Of a stretch of 64,000 nt of DNA, positions 37,948 through 52,376 are shown piece after piece. Every line of letters begins with the position of its first letter. The stretch's first letter is position 1. The position numbers and the translations under genes are program-made. The notes below the pieces were generated by a model. It was not told the DNA's origin. It did not search any database and worked only from the letters and a program-made list of their open reading frames with translations. The stretch is taken from positions 21,640,001 through 21,704,000 of the forward strand of contig OZ249436.1 of NCBI GenBank assembly GCA_965235115.1. The letters are read 5' to 3'. The DNA is from Laetmonice hystrix. Its lineage: Eukaryota.

Positions 37948-40900
37948 ATGGAGGTGGAAGAGGCTCGAGGTGATCAAGATGGAAGGTGGGCTCATGAACC
38001 TTTCAGACTCGAGTGGATAGTCTATGCTATACTTAGATCCATATCTTAACCTTTTGCAGGCACCCTTTTGAAGGAAGAATAATAATACATATTCACAAAG
38101 TCTAAGACAGCAAGAGAGAATTGTATCTAAATTAATTTTGTGCACAGCATTCTGCAGTTAGCCTCTGGAGTAATTGTGCAAATTTGATTTAAGTAATTGG
38201 ATTTAAATTATGTGATACTCTTTTTTTTTTCAGACTTGTCCATCTTGACCTGAAAGGTGCACCCCCAAGAGTATCTTACTTTGAAAAGGTAATTTTTTAA
38301 GTAACAGTAGGGCCAAAATGATGCATTTCCGTACAATACCATATCATGATATTGAGGTTACAGTACAATTGTAGAGTAAAAAAGTACCATTTGTCCACAT
38401 TGTAACTTGTGAAAAAATGTTATTGTAGCTATACATATTGTGTTGCTGTTTTTCTTTTTAAAGGTGCTATTCGTGAAAAAAAATTCAATTTTTTTATTTT
38501 TAATTTTGTTGACGTTTATGTGATCCCACCTATCATGGAAATAGATTCAAACCAAAGGAAATCAAAATTTTTCATGAATAACGGCACAAATGGGGCTCTC
38601 TCAGAAGGCCTGTGGAGACTCTGACACGCCCCACCATAGGAAATGGCTCTATCTCGGTGCGCACCGAGATAGGTTTCAAATGCTGCACACAAACTAATAG
38701 AAGGTTTATCAGGCCAATGGTATCGGTAGGAATTTTTTCTAGTACTATGTGCACAATGTATGATAGGAGAAATGTCATTCTGTGCGAGACGAATAGCACC
38801 TTTAAGAATAACATGTACTCAAAGTTGTGGTTTGGAACTCAGATATAATATATCGTGAACCACAAGCCAGGGTATAGTTTAATGTCATGATGCACTTTAA
38901 TGTCAGGATGTACTTAAATGTAGAGGTTTGCACCGCATTATTCCCCCCCCCTCCATATGTACTACCTCATTTCTTTGCAATATTCTGCCCCATTAACAAA
39001 GTGAGAAATTTAAACACAGTACCAGGATGATAACATAATAAGATCCTATGGGAAATGTTATTTGATTATAGGAATGCATTTCAGTTTTGCTATACAGACA
39101 CCAGATGTGGGTGTATTCCAAAACAACGGCCAAATCTAACAATGAAATCTCCACAATAGGCAGCAAAAGGACCATTTTTAAAGAATGACGGCAGAAAAAT
39201 AGCTTCGTTGTCCCGTGATAAGCATGTTGTAGTTGCTGTAGGCAATGATAAGATCCACAGTGTTTTTTTTTAGATTCATGTATTTAACCTGGTAAATTTT
39301 ACTAAGTTTACTGTGGCTCCCTACACCTTTAAATTATAGAATGTTTTGTACCTAGATATTTCCCCTGCTACACCGCTGGGGTGCCACTGGCCTATTGATT
39401 GAGTATGAGGATATGTTTCCATACAGTGGGGACCTAAAGGAGTTGGCAGCAGCAAATGCTTATACGTAAGGCCCGCTCTTGATATTCTGCTGATAAGATT
39501 TTTTTAATGGCAATGATTTTTTACTGACATCTGTACATGTACTTTGTTTTTGTGTGTAATATAAGCTAATATATTTCATGTTATGCCCACAATGCTGTAA
39601 ATTAATCTGTAGTACTAGATTGAAATATTTTTTACATGTACAGTATACTTTTCTTTACTCCGGCAGGAGAAAGGAGATAGAGCAGCTTTTAGAGTTGGCA
39701 AAGAAAAACAATCTGGCAGTTGTTCCTCTTGTCCAGACTTTTGGTCATTTTGAGGTAAGAAACCATTCAGAAATATCATTGGAATACTCCCATTTGTGGT
39801 ACTGATATTTAATGAACCCATAAAACTGAATTTGTTACCCAGATCTTAATATATAATAGCCTTGGTGCTTACTACAGAGCTAAAAGAACTAGAAGAAATA
39901 TTAAATAAAATCCCCATTCAGATGTTTTGTTGTCACTCTTTAACTGGTTTCCATTACAGTTTGTTCTGAAGCATGATAAGTATGTCAGTGTACGGGAGAT
40001 CAAAGACTATCCAATGGCACTATGTCCCACACATGAAGGTAACAGTAATTCTCTTTTTATGTTATTGTCATATAAACTATTTCAAACTTATGGGTAGTGG
40101 AATTAGAAGCTAAAGCACGTCATTACTTATTCATGTACCGGTAATTTCAAAGGTAAAGACTTGTGACTTCACATAACTTTTTAGAGAACTTCATATCAAA
40201 ACCAAAGGGATTCTTTCAGTTATCAGTTATTTAGATCTCCTTTTAGCCTTGGGTGCTGTTTGATTTCTCTTTCCTAGGTTTTTAAGCTGGAGAAAGCTAC
40301 AATTATTTCTGTATTTTCACCTTGATGATGTGTTTAGGGGCATTGCCGCTGGTCACACAGATGATTGATCAGGTTTTGGACCTTCATTCTGATGTGCGGT
40401 GGTTTCATATTGGTGCTGATGAAGTGAGTGCATTTCTTCGTGAGATTTACAGGTTTTCTGTAAAGGGTAAAAACCATAGTCCTTGGTAAACATTAGATTT
40501 ACCGTTGTGAAAATTTTCTTAAATATACTTTTCTTAAATGAAAAAATTGAGCTCTTTAAGTTATCTGCCCCAGAATCTGCTAGATCCTGTTGGATCAGCA
40601 TTGGGAGAGTCATTGAAATAGCCTCTGGATCTCTAGTGGTACTTGCCAGTGGTACCTTCCAGCAGATTTAAAACTAGTGAGTATCTTTATTCGGTGAGCA
40701 TGTTTTCAGGTTTTTCATCTGGGAATTTGTGACGACTGTAAGCGTGAAATGAAGGTGAATGGCTGGACTATCCATGAGCTGTTTTTGGCTCATGTGGTGA
40801 AAGTACTACAGCTCACCCACAGTAAACATCCAAATCTCGGCCTCATTATGTGGGACGACATGTTCAGGGAACTTGACACAAATGTGCTGAAAAGTGAGTG

Positions 40901-43900
40901 AGACCTGACAACTAAAAAGAAATCAAGTATAAAAACTAACAAGCTAGGCTACTTTAACATCATTTTAATTCCCGTTATACCAGTACTCTCATATCCACCT
41001 AACAATAGATTACTTGTACTTAAATTTTTCTGTGTCTGATTCTCTGGAGTTATAACATATAATAAAAGGCCATATCTAACTCTACCATCAGAATATTACA
41101 GTAAATGTGATATGTTTCAGAGTCAGGACTTGGAACCCTGGTCGAACCGATGGTATGGTATTACCAGAAGACGTTTCAGCTTCCCCAAGGTATACCAAAG
41201 ACAGTACTAGCTTTGTCTTAGTTTAAATGTTTTGGGCATATTTGAATTCATTTGCTTAAAGTCTCTCCTAGAAAATAAATATTTATTTTCTAAATTACAA
41301 AAGAGTATCACAACTATATTTAAGTCTGTTGGCTGCAATAAACAGTGAATGCATATGGGATAGATTTGAGTCCAGGGAAACTGTGCCTGAAAATTCTTAA
41401 TACAATTTGCCTCAGCAGAGTTATCTTGATGCATGATTTTACTAAGAACAGGTAGAAACTGTGTCTTGATCCGTACAAATTATGGATGATTTCATCTGAC
41501 ATTTTACATTATACTTCAGACCTGTGGGATCGATACGCTGAAGTGTTTCCAAATATATGGGTTGCAAGTGCATTTAAGGGCGCCACTGGACCATGTATGA
41601 ATGCAACAGATATCAGCTATCATATAGAAAACCACACTGGCTGGCTAAATATCATACGGCAGCACAGACATAAATTTAAGTCTTTCCGGGGGATAGCACT
41701 CACAGGCTGGCAAAGGTTAGCACTGCATAGATCCTGCTTGAAAACCTTTTTATCTCTGGCTTGCGATTGATTTGTTTGTCAGAAAAATACAAGTTTGACA
41801 TTTTAATGCAATAGATTTCTTTGACAACATGTTTTAGGTTATAAGAAATAAAATTAAATGGCATGAGATTTTCTAGCTGTATCAACACAGATGATAACAT
41901 TATGAAAATTGAATTTCTGTCATATTCCCATTTCCCTCTTTAGGTATGACCACTATTCTGTGATGTGTGAACTCCTACCTGTTGGCCTACCCTCACTGGC
42001 TGTTTGTCTCCTTACCCTAACCAATGGTAAGCTTTCTCAGATTAACCAGCGGTTAACATGTTTAATCTCAGACCTTTGGCTTAAAATTTAAATCCCATGA
42101 CTCTCCCACTAGGTTTATGTTCCCATTTATTAAGTAACAATTCTTTATATCACATTATTAATTAATATGTGTGATATTATGAAGTAACCATGTGAGGTAA
42201 TTAGCATGTGAATGTAGTGTACTGTTTCTTAATTAAAATAACCATCTTTAACTTACATTCAGGTGCGTTTACTGAGGAGATCCACAAGCTAGCAACCATG
42301 GACCTCAAGTTTAACGAACTCATTCCACTCAATCCTTTCAAGATGTGAGTATATCAGCTTTAAAAAAAAATATAAGATAACTATGTAAACGGTGAGAACT
42401 ATATTCTGTCCGCGTTAACTTGAGCTCGGGGTGGGATCTCATTAGTGGTGGGAGTTGTGTGCCCAGTGCTGACCAGCCAATGGGGGATTGGAGGGGCCCT
42501 CAATCAAGCTATTAGCAGCAATACCCACAAAATAAAGCCACGTGTGGCCACTGTGAGCTGAGATGTATGCATGTTTCCAGCTTTTTTCACGCCAGTCGAT
42601 TGATCACTTTCATGTGTTAAACAATCACCCTTCTATCTGGGATATCATGTACACAGTAAGGGTTTTTTTTGTGCTACCTCAGATGTAGTAGATCACAGAA
42701 TTTCACACATCAGCATATTTTATTATGTGGTCTTCTCTTCGTCATTTTATGAATAATATCTGGTATTAATTTGGAAAAAGAGGAAGGTATACACAGAATT
42801 GAATAATAAAATGGGGTGGTTTACATCAAAGAAATTACTAGCAACGGCACAGAATCAGTGAAAATAACGATTAAATGAGCCTTAAGGACCATGCCCTCAC
42901 TTGTCATCAGACATGATGAGATGATAGAACGAGTCCATTCCCTTTCATTGTAATATTCATAGTTAAATATCTGTGTGTCAGAACTAAATCTTGGTAGAGT
43001 GTACAGGTTCAGTGACAGTGGCCGGCAGCTGGCTGCCTGTGGTCAAACCATGTGCTGCCCCCCTACCCATGGGTAGTCTTCAGCACCCAGCTCACCCATT
43101 GGCCGGCAGCCGGCAGTCAACAAAGCTCACCTTGATTATCATGAATGTATGAATTGCGCTCAAGTTAGTGTTGACAGACTGTAGTTATTGTAATACCAGG
43201 TTGGAGCAGTTTGAGTAAGGCTAACTGTATTGCATAATGTGACTAAAGGTTCTTCTTTGAAAATATAATATCAGTTTAATATTTCAGTTCTAAAAGAATT
43301 GTTGATTGTCCATAGATATATATGATTTATGAACAATAAGTCTGCACTACTTGCTAGGCTTGGTCACATCCCACAGTGTGACTTCCCAGGCAGCAACATT
43401 TACACAGGTGTGCATATCTTCCTCTATCACTCTGAGCAGATCCGACTCTTCATGGAAAATGACAGGTTAGTAAGGGATAGAGTTGTGGTCAGTTACCTGC
43501 TGTAAGGTCAGTGGTATTCCCCGGGAGACTCCAGTTTCCTCCACCACTAAACTTTGATGTGACCTGGGATGTTGTGAAAGTGTAAAGCCCAAATCCAAAA
43601 TAGAACAGAGTTTGCCATTGTAGGGTACTGTAGTTATTATGTTACTGCTTCTGTAATGGTTGGATGATGTAGTATCATGCTTCCGTTTATAGATCAATGA
43701 AGGACAGAATTATATGTTTTTATTTCAGACTGAATGGATGGATGACAGACTATCATGTGTCGCACAAGTTTGGCAATCCAGCTCATATCCAGCACTTTCT
43801 ACCACAGGCCCGCCAGTCAGTCGTCATTTTATTCATCCTATTGTTCATTGAGTACCATATACCCAATAGATCGCCGCATTTTTTTCACCTGGAGTCCCAC

Positions 43901-44916
43901 CTCAAAGTAGGGGGTGCCGCCATCTATCCATACCCTCCCCTCCCAGCCCACACAGCCAGGCTACAGGATAGTTCCCCCACTCGCCACCAGGGGTCACTAC
44001 ACTTGCGCACAGACTTACTTTTTAAATATGAACGTATTTCTTTCATTAACTTCATAATGATGTAATTTTACGTGGCATAATTATGTGTATACATACATTT
44101 TTGTATTGTATGGTTCATAACATTAGCATAACCTGCCTTGACAACAGGCAGTGTAAGGCCAAGCCTGTTGACTCCTAGTGAGACACCTAGTGGTTACTGT
44201 ATGAACTAGACTGGTCGTTGCATTTGTCCATCTGTGATGGATTTAAAAGTGGGGGTGGAGGTTCTGGGGGCAATCCTGCCATGCAAATGGAACATTGATG
44301 AGTGAATAGCCCTCTAAATTTTCTTCGGAAGATGTTTTGAAAGCAAAGAGAACGTCCTGGCTATATTGTGGGTAAGCATGTTTTATCCAGTACAGTTAGA
44401 TGTGGTATAAGGTTGGGGTGAGCAGATCAGGGAGGAGCTCAGCAATTCCAAGAAACTTTTTCCCTGACCATGAGGTCCAAATTCCCCCCTACGGCTATCT
44501 TTTGGGTGTGGCCATCTAATGGGTATATATTGTAACAGTTCAATATTAGGGAGCATTTTAAGTACATCTGCTTGTTGTAATACAAATATCGGCATGAATA
44601 TATATACAAAATGTAGTTAGAAGTGCCAATGCTTCATTCCAAGTATCAGAATTTAAAAATTGTATACTCATCAAATGTGAAAAATTTTCTCTCTTGTTTT
44701 TCAAGGTTAAATGATGAGGTCCAACAGTTGAAGTCTGACCTGCAGAATGTAATGGCTGAGATTTTTTACCCAGACACAGTGGATGAGTGGGTAACTGTCA
44801 GCCTTGACCCCAAAATCTCCAAGCTTGTACAGGTTATTGCAAAGGCAACTCATCAGGTTTCGATAGGAGCAAAGCCAAAGGAGATAGATAATCGTTTGAT
44901 AGAGAAGCACTCGTAG
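37948..44916 (+). CDS. HEXD: Hexosaminidase D (GH20), 14 coding exons, ~491 aa
   Basis: Exons 37948-37985 (least certain), 38234-38288, 39356-39465, 39667-39754, 39960-40038, 40338-40423, 40710-40893, 41121-41189, 41520-41715, 41944-42026, 42263-42344, 43358-43465, 43729-43815, 44706-44916. Motifs: [38 protein letters not shown], catalytic [40 protein letters not shown] and CDFPGS. Confidence 0.95.
38462..38801. mobile_element. Kolobok-like MITE with TTAA TSD in a HEXD intron
   Basis: TTAA|AGGTGCTATTCGT...ACGAATAGCACCT|TTAA. Confidence 0.8.
43480..43600 (+). mobile_element. 5'-truncated SINE remnant
   Basis: GGTATTCCCCGGGAGACTCCAGTTTCCTCCACCAC resembles the conserved SINE body motif; tail ...GTAAAGCCCAAATCC. 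Confidence 0.4.
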
Positions 44917-47900
44917 AGAAGTCTATAAGTTTAATTATTTTAATTGTGACAAATATTAGCTGTACTGAAAACTGGTGATAAAAATAATCCAAACTGAATA
45001 AAAGAGTGGTACGTATGCAGACTTATAATTTAGAATTCAGCTCTCTCTCTAGGTAGGCCTATCAAAATGGTAACGTCTGCCGGTATAGAGAAAATCTGTG
45101 TGTTCACGTTTGTTAACCACATCACAGATTGGTATGTAAGAATGTTGTTGAGAGTTATTTTAACCATTCGATATTAATTATTGCAATTTATACATGTATT
45201 GAAATTTGATTCCTGTGGGTGTCTTTCCATACACTTAATTGCTACAACTATTAATGCGACACCATCCATTATAGTGAAGGTTTTATCTGTTAGACTTTGC
45301 TCAAAGTCACCTGTTACAACTGATATGTACGCCCATCATATTTTCAAGTACAGGTATTGTTATGCCCTCTATGCTTAGAGCAACCAGTACATGCTATGAT
45401 AGGCCCTAGAAATAACTACTTTTGCATCAGCTTCTTATATATACCCTTCCTACAATCACTGCTACATGAACCAGTAAGCAGTAAGCACTATTTTGCACAC
45501 TCTCAGTGGTGCATATTGAGCGTTTGATTACCCCTCTTCAAAGAACTAGACTTGTTCTCCCCACCTTCTCGCATCATGTCAGTCATAATGAGAATGTCTG
45601 AGAAAAATTTCAAAATCCAGCATAGACCTGGCAAAAGTACATATCACATTCTAGCTGACGTTTGTACCGGTACTTTTATATATGTGCCAAATCATGTCCT
45701 GGACGGAGTTAGATGTGATCATTTGTGTAAAAAAATAACTCAAAGAGGGTTCTGGCTAAGTGTAACAATTTCTAGTGTGCATAACATTGGCCTGTCATTG
45801 AGATTCACTTTGCTGTTAATAATTTCTTCTACTTTTTCTTGACAGCGTGGTGAAACCACCATAAAATCAGGGGTAACTAATGATCAATAAATTAATACCG
45901 ATGGTATATTTAGGGATTAGACCCTGGCCTTTGGTGGTCGCCCGAGGGTCTGGTGTCAGATAACCCTTCCCGCGCGGCGAATGCCCTGAGGGAAGGGTTA
46001 CCGGTATCTGACACACCCTAGGTACCATCGAAATATGACGGATGTACCATGGCTAAGCAGTTTCTAAAAAGAAAGAAATATACTCCTGCCATGTATAGAT
46101 ACATCACTAGTCCAATGAATAGCCTTTCATGCATTCTTTAGACGTGAACGTATTTCTAGTCGCAGACAAATGTTTGTGGGATATTTCAAACATGAAGATA
46201 TTGGATATTCTTCTCAGTAATACTAATAGACATGATTGACAGCTTTCTAACTTTGGATAGCAACAGTTGGGCTGGGAGTAGACCAACAAAGGCAGATACC
46301 TTGTCGTGATATCTGTAAAATTGCTCATGATGAAAAGCTACGGTCAATTAGTTACCTGGCCCTGTTCATCCTGTGTATTTGTTTGAGTAGTTTTCAAGGA
46401 GCAGGTGAGTTTATGAATGCATGATTTTAACAGTAACAGTTGTGAACTAAGTAAGATATACCATGTACACATGTAGTTCGGTAATTTCGGGGGCCAAATA
46501 CTTGGAGAAGGTGGTTGGTGATTTTCTAACATGGATAATCTTTTTAGCTTTAAATATGACGAATGGAATACTTTATAAATGTTTAAGTTACATACGGAAC
46601 TGTACCCAGTTTAGGCCTGAATAAACTATACAATATAATGTATGGCTTGAGGTAACTTTGTCATTCAAGTAAGGTTTACTTGGCTTCAAGATTTGCTCAT
46701 GTACCCACATATTGGGGACCTCCCTACAAAATATGGCACAGACATTTTACAGACCTGGTTTTTCTACTCTTAATTTAGAAGTTAGGAAACACACATTATA
46801 TGGGATTACTGAAATTGATGCCTAGGCCTATAGACCAGCTTTTTTTTTATCAATGTAGCTTCCAGTCCGTCTGCCTTGCTGTTTGTTTGGCTCATTGCAA
46901 ACGGATGATTAGATGTTAAATATCAGATTGCTATGTTGTGCTAAAACCTTGGATGCCATCCGGAAGGATTTCCCGTTAACGAATCGAAATTTGAAATGGG
47001 CAGAGGTTAACTGCAGGGTGTATATAGGCTTTTGTAATAAAAGTCAGAAATACTAATCTGAACTGGCATTTGAAACTACATTTCCAATCCTTAAGATTAA
47101 ACTTCTGGTAAGCTCTCAAATATTAAGAGCAAACGGATCAGCATTTCCTTTTTATACCCCAGGCTTGCCGTTCAAGATGAAATAACACCTAGCTGAACAA
47201 ACGAAATCAAATCCCAACATGTAGTTGTGAACGCCTTTATTTTAGTTTCAAAGACAAATAACGTGCAGCTCGACATGCGCATGCGTGCACACATTTTCAA
47301 AAACTCGCACTAAGACGATGCAAACGCATTGGACAGTGTAATTGTTACAAACTGTGGCTAGCCCAGGGTACTTGACAGGGTTGTCTGGCAGAAAACCATG
47401 ACGACCCCCAGCCTGATGTCAATGGTGCCAGTAGTTGTTTCACTCTCATCTATAATATAGGACTTCAGAATAATTTACCAAGCTCAACTGTCCCTATGGG
47501 CAGAGATAATGTACTCCATATAAAACTCGTAGAAATTCGAAACGAACATTGTTAGCTCCTCAAATAGGTACCATTACAAGTTCTGCACATCAAAAAAATT
47601 TTCTCCACGACCAGCATCCTAAGGAACCTTACCATACATCTGTGACAAAAACATCTTTTTATAAAATTTTCAACTTGACTGGTCAGATGCCATAGTCATC
47701 GATAGACCCTGAGTAATCCACAAGTTAAAAGTTCCACCTGTGAAGGCACTAGTTCATGGTAAAAATGACCAGAATCCAGTACAGCTCAACAAGTACTGTC
47801 TACCTTGGTTTAAGGGTGACTTGCAGGAGATTTGGAAGCAGACCACGAGTAACTTAATATTGATTCAAAAGTTCAATGCGGGACTATTAAATATGATAGC

Positions 47901-49693
47901 TTTTTACCCTTGTCTCACTGTCAATTTATCCCATGGGTTAGTTCTCTTACAAATTCAAATCATCATTGTGTAATCTCATGTTTCAGTCATGTTGTGTGCT
48001 CAGTAATCTCATAATGCATTATAAGCAGATTTGGTGCACTGATTCATCCAACCTAACTAGTCACATAATACTTTATACCTTACATAATACATTATAATAC
48101 CCCCTTCACTTTCATGTCATTTCACCTTCCAAGCATAGTACCAAGTACCACAATCCCACAAATAAAACAAAAAAAATGTATAAAGTCATCTTTCATATCA
48201 CGTAATCTCAGATATCATGTCTTGTGAACAAAACCATCCCAGAAACCCCTAACAGTAAGTTGGTCATGTCCTAAATACACCTTGAATACATGTATATCTT
48301 ATACGAAGTTCACCCAGGCATCAACAAGCAGGCAGTCTTGGAATTGGATCTCACTTTGGCATGTTGGAAACAAACTTCTGCTGCCCAAGTTTAAATCTCC
48401 CCATGTTAACTTTTGATTCTGGACTCTTAAGTCTCGCCCTGACACCCTCACTTTTAATCACATTTGTACTGTCGCTCCTAATTTCCACATGATTTTATTA
48501 ACAAATCTAATATCCCACACAGTGATGTAAGCATTCTTATCTCTTAAGCATATGGATGCTATATCTGTACACAAGTAAATCTTCAAAAACCAGTTGTAAA
48601 TGCAATCCGTCTTTACAAAATGCAAGCAATATGAAACTACAATGTTTCCGATATCATGACTGCTGATAACACAAAGTGTAGCAATCATTAACCTACCTGT
48701 AATACAAGTGCAGACTACATATGCAGTACCTCACAGAAAAAAAACGGCTACAGCACCATTACCAACCTGGTAGAAACAAATGGTCTTTTCCCCATCGAAA
48801 AGTACTATCAAGCATATCTATTTCCTAATTTATGCGATTTTTTTACATTTGTATATGTGTCTTTTCAGCATTCATTCAAAAGTTCAGTTGTATCATAACA
48901 ATATCAAGGAAAGTCATTTCCTTATGGGCATTTACATGATCCATTGTCAAGATCTTGTGGCTACAAAGTCCTAATATCTTATATCTTACGGTAAATGTAT
49001 TTGATAATGTAAATTCTGCATGATTGTAATTGCACTTCAAGAAAACGGTCAAGTTGTCTAAAATAAATAGTTCAGTGCTATAACATTATCACAAAAATAA
49101 CATTACTAAACTGGTATCATCACCATTATAGACTACTGTCATGATTAAGATATGTTTATCAGCATTGCTATAATTGGGCAATCCCCTTTCGATTTGTTCT
49201 GCTCTGCCATTACCCTCTCACTAGCTACACAACAAATTCTATCGTCTTCATGTCTAAATCTATAAAATGGCCATTTTCTTTGTGTAAGTAATGTCATTGC
49301 TCTAATTAGTCTAAAAAATGTATGTTTCATCTGTCTACATACTATTAAAATCATTTTTCAGAAAATATATCTTATGTACGAGATGCATGTGTCTGGCAGG
49401 ATTTGTATTTTCTTAGATCCATCAGTCAAAAGTGATACACCGACTTTTACAAATTTTTACAGCCTAATCATGACAATGCCCATGCCTTCAGCACCAATAG
49501 CCCCTAAAATATGCTTAGAAATTTTAGGTAATAAAAGCTTAAACTGATGCTTTCATACATTTTCATGTACTATATGAAGGTATATTGCATAGCCAAACAG
49601 CATCCACTTGCATAAACCTTATCACAAAGAAAAAAGCAGTTGAGATTCATAAATCAATCATATAGATCTACTGCTTCAAATAAGAATGACGAT

Positions 49694-52184
49694 TCATTCC
49701 TCTTCATTGAACCCTGAGCTTGGTGACCACTGCGGAAGGTTCATCCACTCCCTGGCCATCCCCACGCCTGGGCTGAATGCCTTCCTGGCCTTCAGTCGAG
49801 CAAGGTAGGCCTTAACGTTATCATAATCTCTCAACAGGAGCCCACCCTTGACCATCGACACCTCCATAATGTTGTAGCCAATTAGTACGTCAGCTGTGGT
49901 GAACCTGAAAAAAAAACACATTTTTTTAATACCAATGATAAACAGAATGGTCCGATGATTGGCAGAATTAACCCATTTTAACATTTTCAGCACTCTGGTT
50001 TCTAGCTTTAGCCACTTTGGTTGGAATCCATGCTGGACTAAGCTACAGCAATCGCCTGACTGTGATGTGCTCTTTTCTGTCACCACCTTTAAATGATAAC
50101 TGTAAGTATTGTAAGTTATAATCAGACTCAGATAACAAGTGAAGCTAAACCAACAGATATGGACAGGCAGAAACACAACTTACTTATTTCCGCAAATATA
50201 GTTCCTGCCCTCCAGGAAGGCGTTGAAGTGCCTGGCAAAGGTTCCATACTTCTCTAACATATCTGCAACATGCTTACAGTCCTGCTTGTCTTCTGGGGTT
50301 CTCTGCATCTGGCGGTACAATGTCCTAGTCATGTAGTCCAAGGTAGTCACAGCATAGATACACCAACTGAAGGAAATAAATGATCAAATGAAACAAACTG
50401 AAAATCAATGTATCCAAGAGGTGCTTGGACACTTGTATCCTCCTGCTTAAAAATTAATAATGGAATGCTTCAAATGAAATATGAACCTATTTTGAAATAG
50501 TGGTAGGAAAAAATATAGTCTATCATACAATATTTACTTAAATATGCTTTGGGTATTAAATAATTTTAAATTAAACGAACTTACCAAGTGAAGTTTGATG
50601 TTAATTCTACCACAAGGTAGAATTTCACCTTTATTTTCATTTATGCACTGTAAAACAATCACTCAATGCAGGGCTTGAATTAACTGGATTGCCAAAATCA
50701 GTACTACAGTACTAGAGTACTTAATCTGAGGCACTGAAACAACAGTGCTGTCCTATACCTAGTGTTGTCTTTATTTTACCTGTAGTAATTCATCTGATCT
50801 CTGAGGTCAGGCAGAAGCTGGTTGTACTTTTCTGCCAGGTACATACAGATGGCACCACTGTCGAGTATGGTGTTACCCTCAACCACAAGAGCTGGCACTG
50901 AGCCATGGGGGTGAATGTTCTCCTTGTACCACTGAATCTCCTCCGGCTGTGCAGCAAACTCGTTGTATGGCTGGATTTCAAAGTGGTCTTGAACACCAAG
51001 CTCTGCAAATTTAAAAGCACCATTATATATGATATCGGATGGGCTAAAAAAATTTGGAACACTCTTTTCTTGACTGTAACTTCTATAATTTTTACCCAAA
51101 TGTCATAATATTTGGGACATGATATCATCTGGTTATTTGGGGTTGGTGGTACAAATTTCAGATAAATAGGTCAAAATGTCTACAAATAGGGCCATTTTAA
51201 AAAATTTGTGTCAAAAATTGATGCTTGGTGTCTCTTTCTATATTTTCAGGCTATTAAATTATACTGTAATGTACAGTGAAATGTTGGGCTACCATTAATA
51301 ATCTTGGGATATCATGCTTTGACCAGGTTTTTTATTTTATTTTATTTCCCTGCTTCTTTTAGTTATTTATTGAACATTTGTTCATACAGTTGAGTTACCA
51401 TGATCATCTTTAAAGCCCGGGATACACGGGGCAATTCGTCGCATGTGACGCGTTGCATGCAACCAGTCGGCCCGTGTATCTGCCTGCGTCGCGTCGCGTC
51501 GCCTGAGGGAGGGGCGATGCGTCGCCCCAAAATCCAACATGTTGGATTTTGGGGCGACGCGTTGCCTCCCCCTGACTGCCTGAGGCAACGCGGTTGCATG
51601 CGACAAGTTGCCCCGTGTATCCCGGGCTTTAACTAGCATGAATATTACTAGAGGAACCAACTATTGATATTAATTATTATACACTGCCAGATCTAATTGG
51701 TAACTAAAACTTAGATAATTAAAAAAAATTCTTTATCTATCCTTATTATCTATTTATGAATCGTGGATCACACAGCTCTAACAACAGGAACAGCATGGGC
51801 AGTATAACACAATTATACTGTGTATATGAAATCATTTATTTATTCGTCTTTTCCAAATTTGGGGATGTCCATACCACTGTGGCTACGATCTATGCCTGTC
51901 GCCAGTGTGGCTACTGGGATCCCCTAATCTGCCCCCCCCCCCCCCCGCCCAACTCGACCCGGGAACCTGCAGAACCCACCTTCGATCAGCCAAGCGCAAC
52001 GCGATGATCGAAATGATGGCGTGTGGTACAACTTCGCTTTCCCTCGCCAGGGTGACTTTCCGTCGAAACTTCTCCTTCCTGTTGTCTGCCGTCGGAGTAA
52101 AGTAATTCCGATGAAAGTTAGCAGTGCCCCTACACCGGCAGACGCGATCACACTGAACGTACAAAGCTCCCCTCCGAACCCCAT
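49694..52184 (-). CDS. Glutathione S-transferase-fold protein A with an N-terminal membrane anchor, 4 exons, ~273 aa
   Basis: Exons 52184-51980, 51002-50780, 50366-50184, 49904-49694, in phase. Motifs: KLYHTPSFRSSRCAWLIEELG, IHPHGSVPALVVEGNTILDSGAICMYLAEKY, YICGNKFTTADVLIGY and YLARLKARKAF. N-terminal hydrophobic segment FSVIASAGVGALLTFIGITLL followed by RR. Confidence 0.88.
51414..51628. mobile_element. Palindromic MITE, TTAA-flanked, in GST-A intron 1
   Basis: TTAA|AGCCCGGGATACACGGGGCAA...TTGCCCCGTGTATCCCGGGCT|TTAA; near-complete fold-back. Confidence 0.85.
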
Positions 52185-52376
52185 TTTGTCCACCGACTTG
52201 TCCCAGTCCACCGTCCCGTTTCAAGTCCGTGAATGTGGGTCAATGGTTGAATGACGTCATGCCCTATTTTCCATCGCTGGTCAGGTGACCATGCGAACAG
52301 GTGCCCGGGCCCTGTTTGCATGCTGTTGATCTAATTAAAAGTGGTGATCTCGTCAAATAAGTGGCGTTTGGTGGGA
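52185..52376. promoter_or_regulatory. Compact bidirectional promoter of the GST pair
   Basis: Only 192 bp between divergent ATGs; CRE TGACGTCA at 52252-52259 and E-box-containing GGTCAGGTGACC at ~52279. Confidence 0.65.

Noticed and set aside
51363..51660. Mirror-image ORFs on both strands (KARDTRGN...)
   Set aside because: An artefact of the palindromic MITE at 51414-51628.
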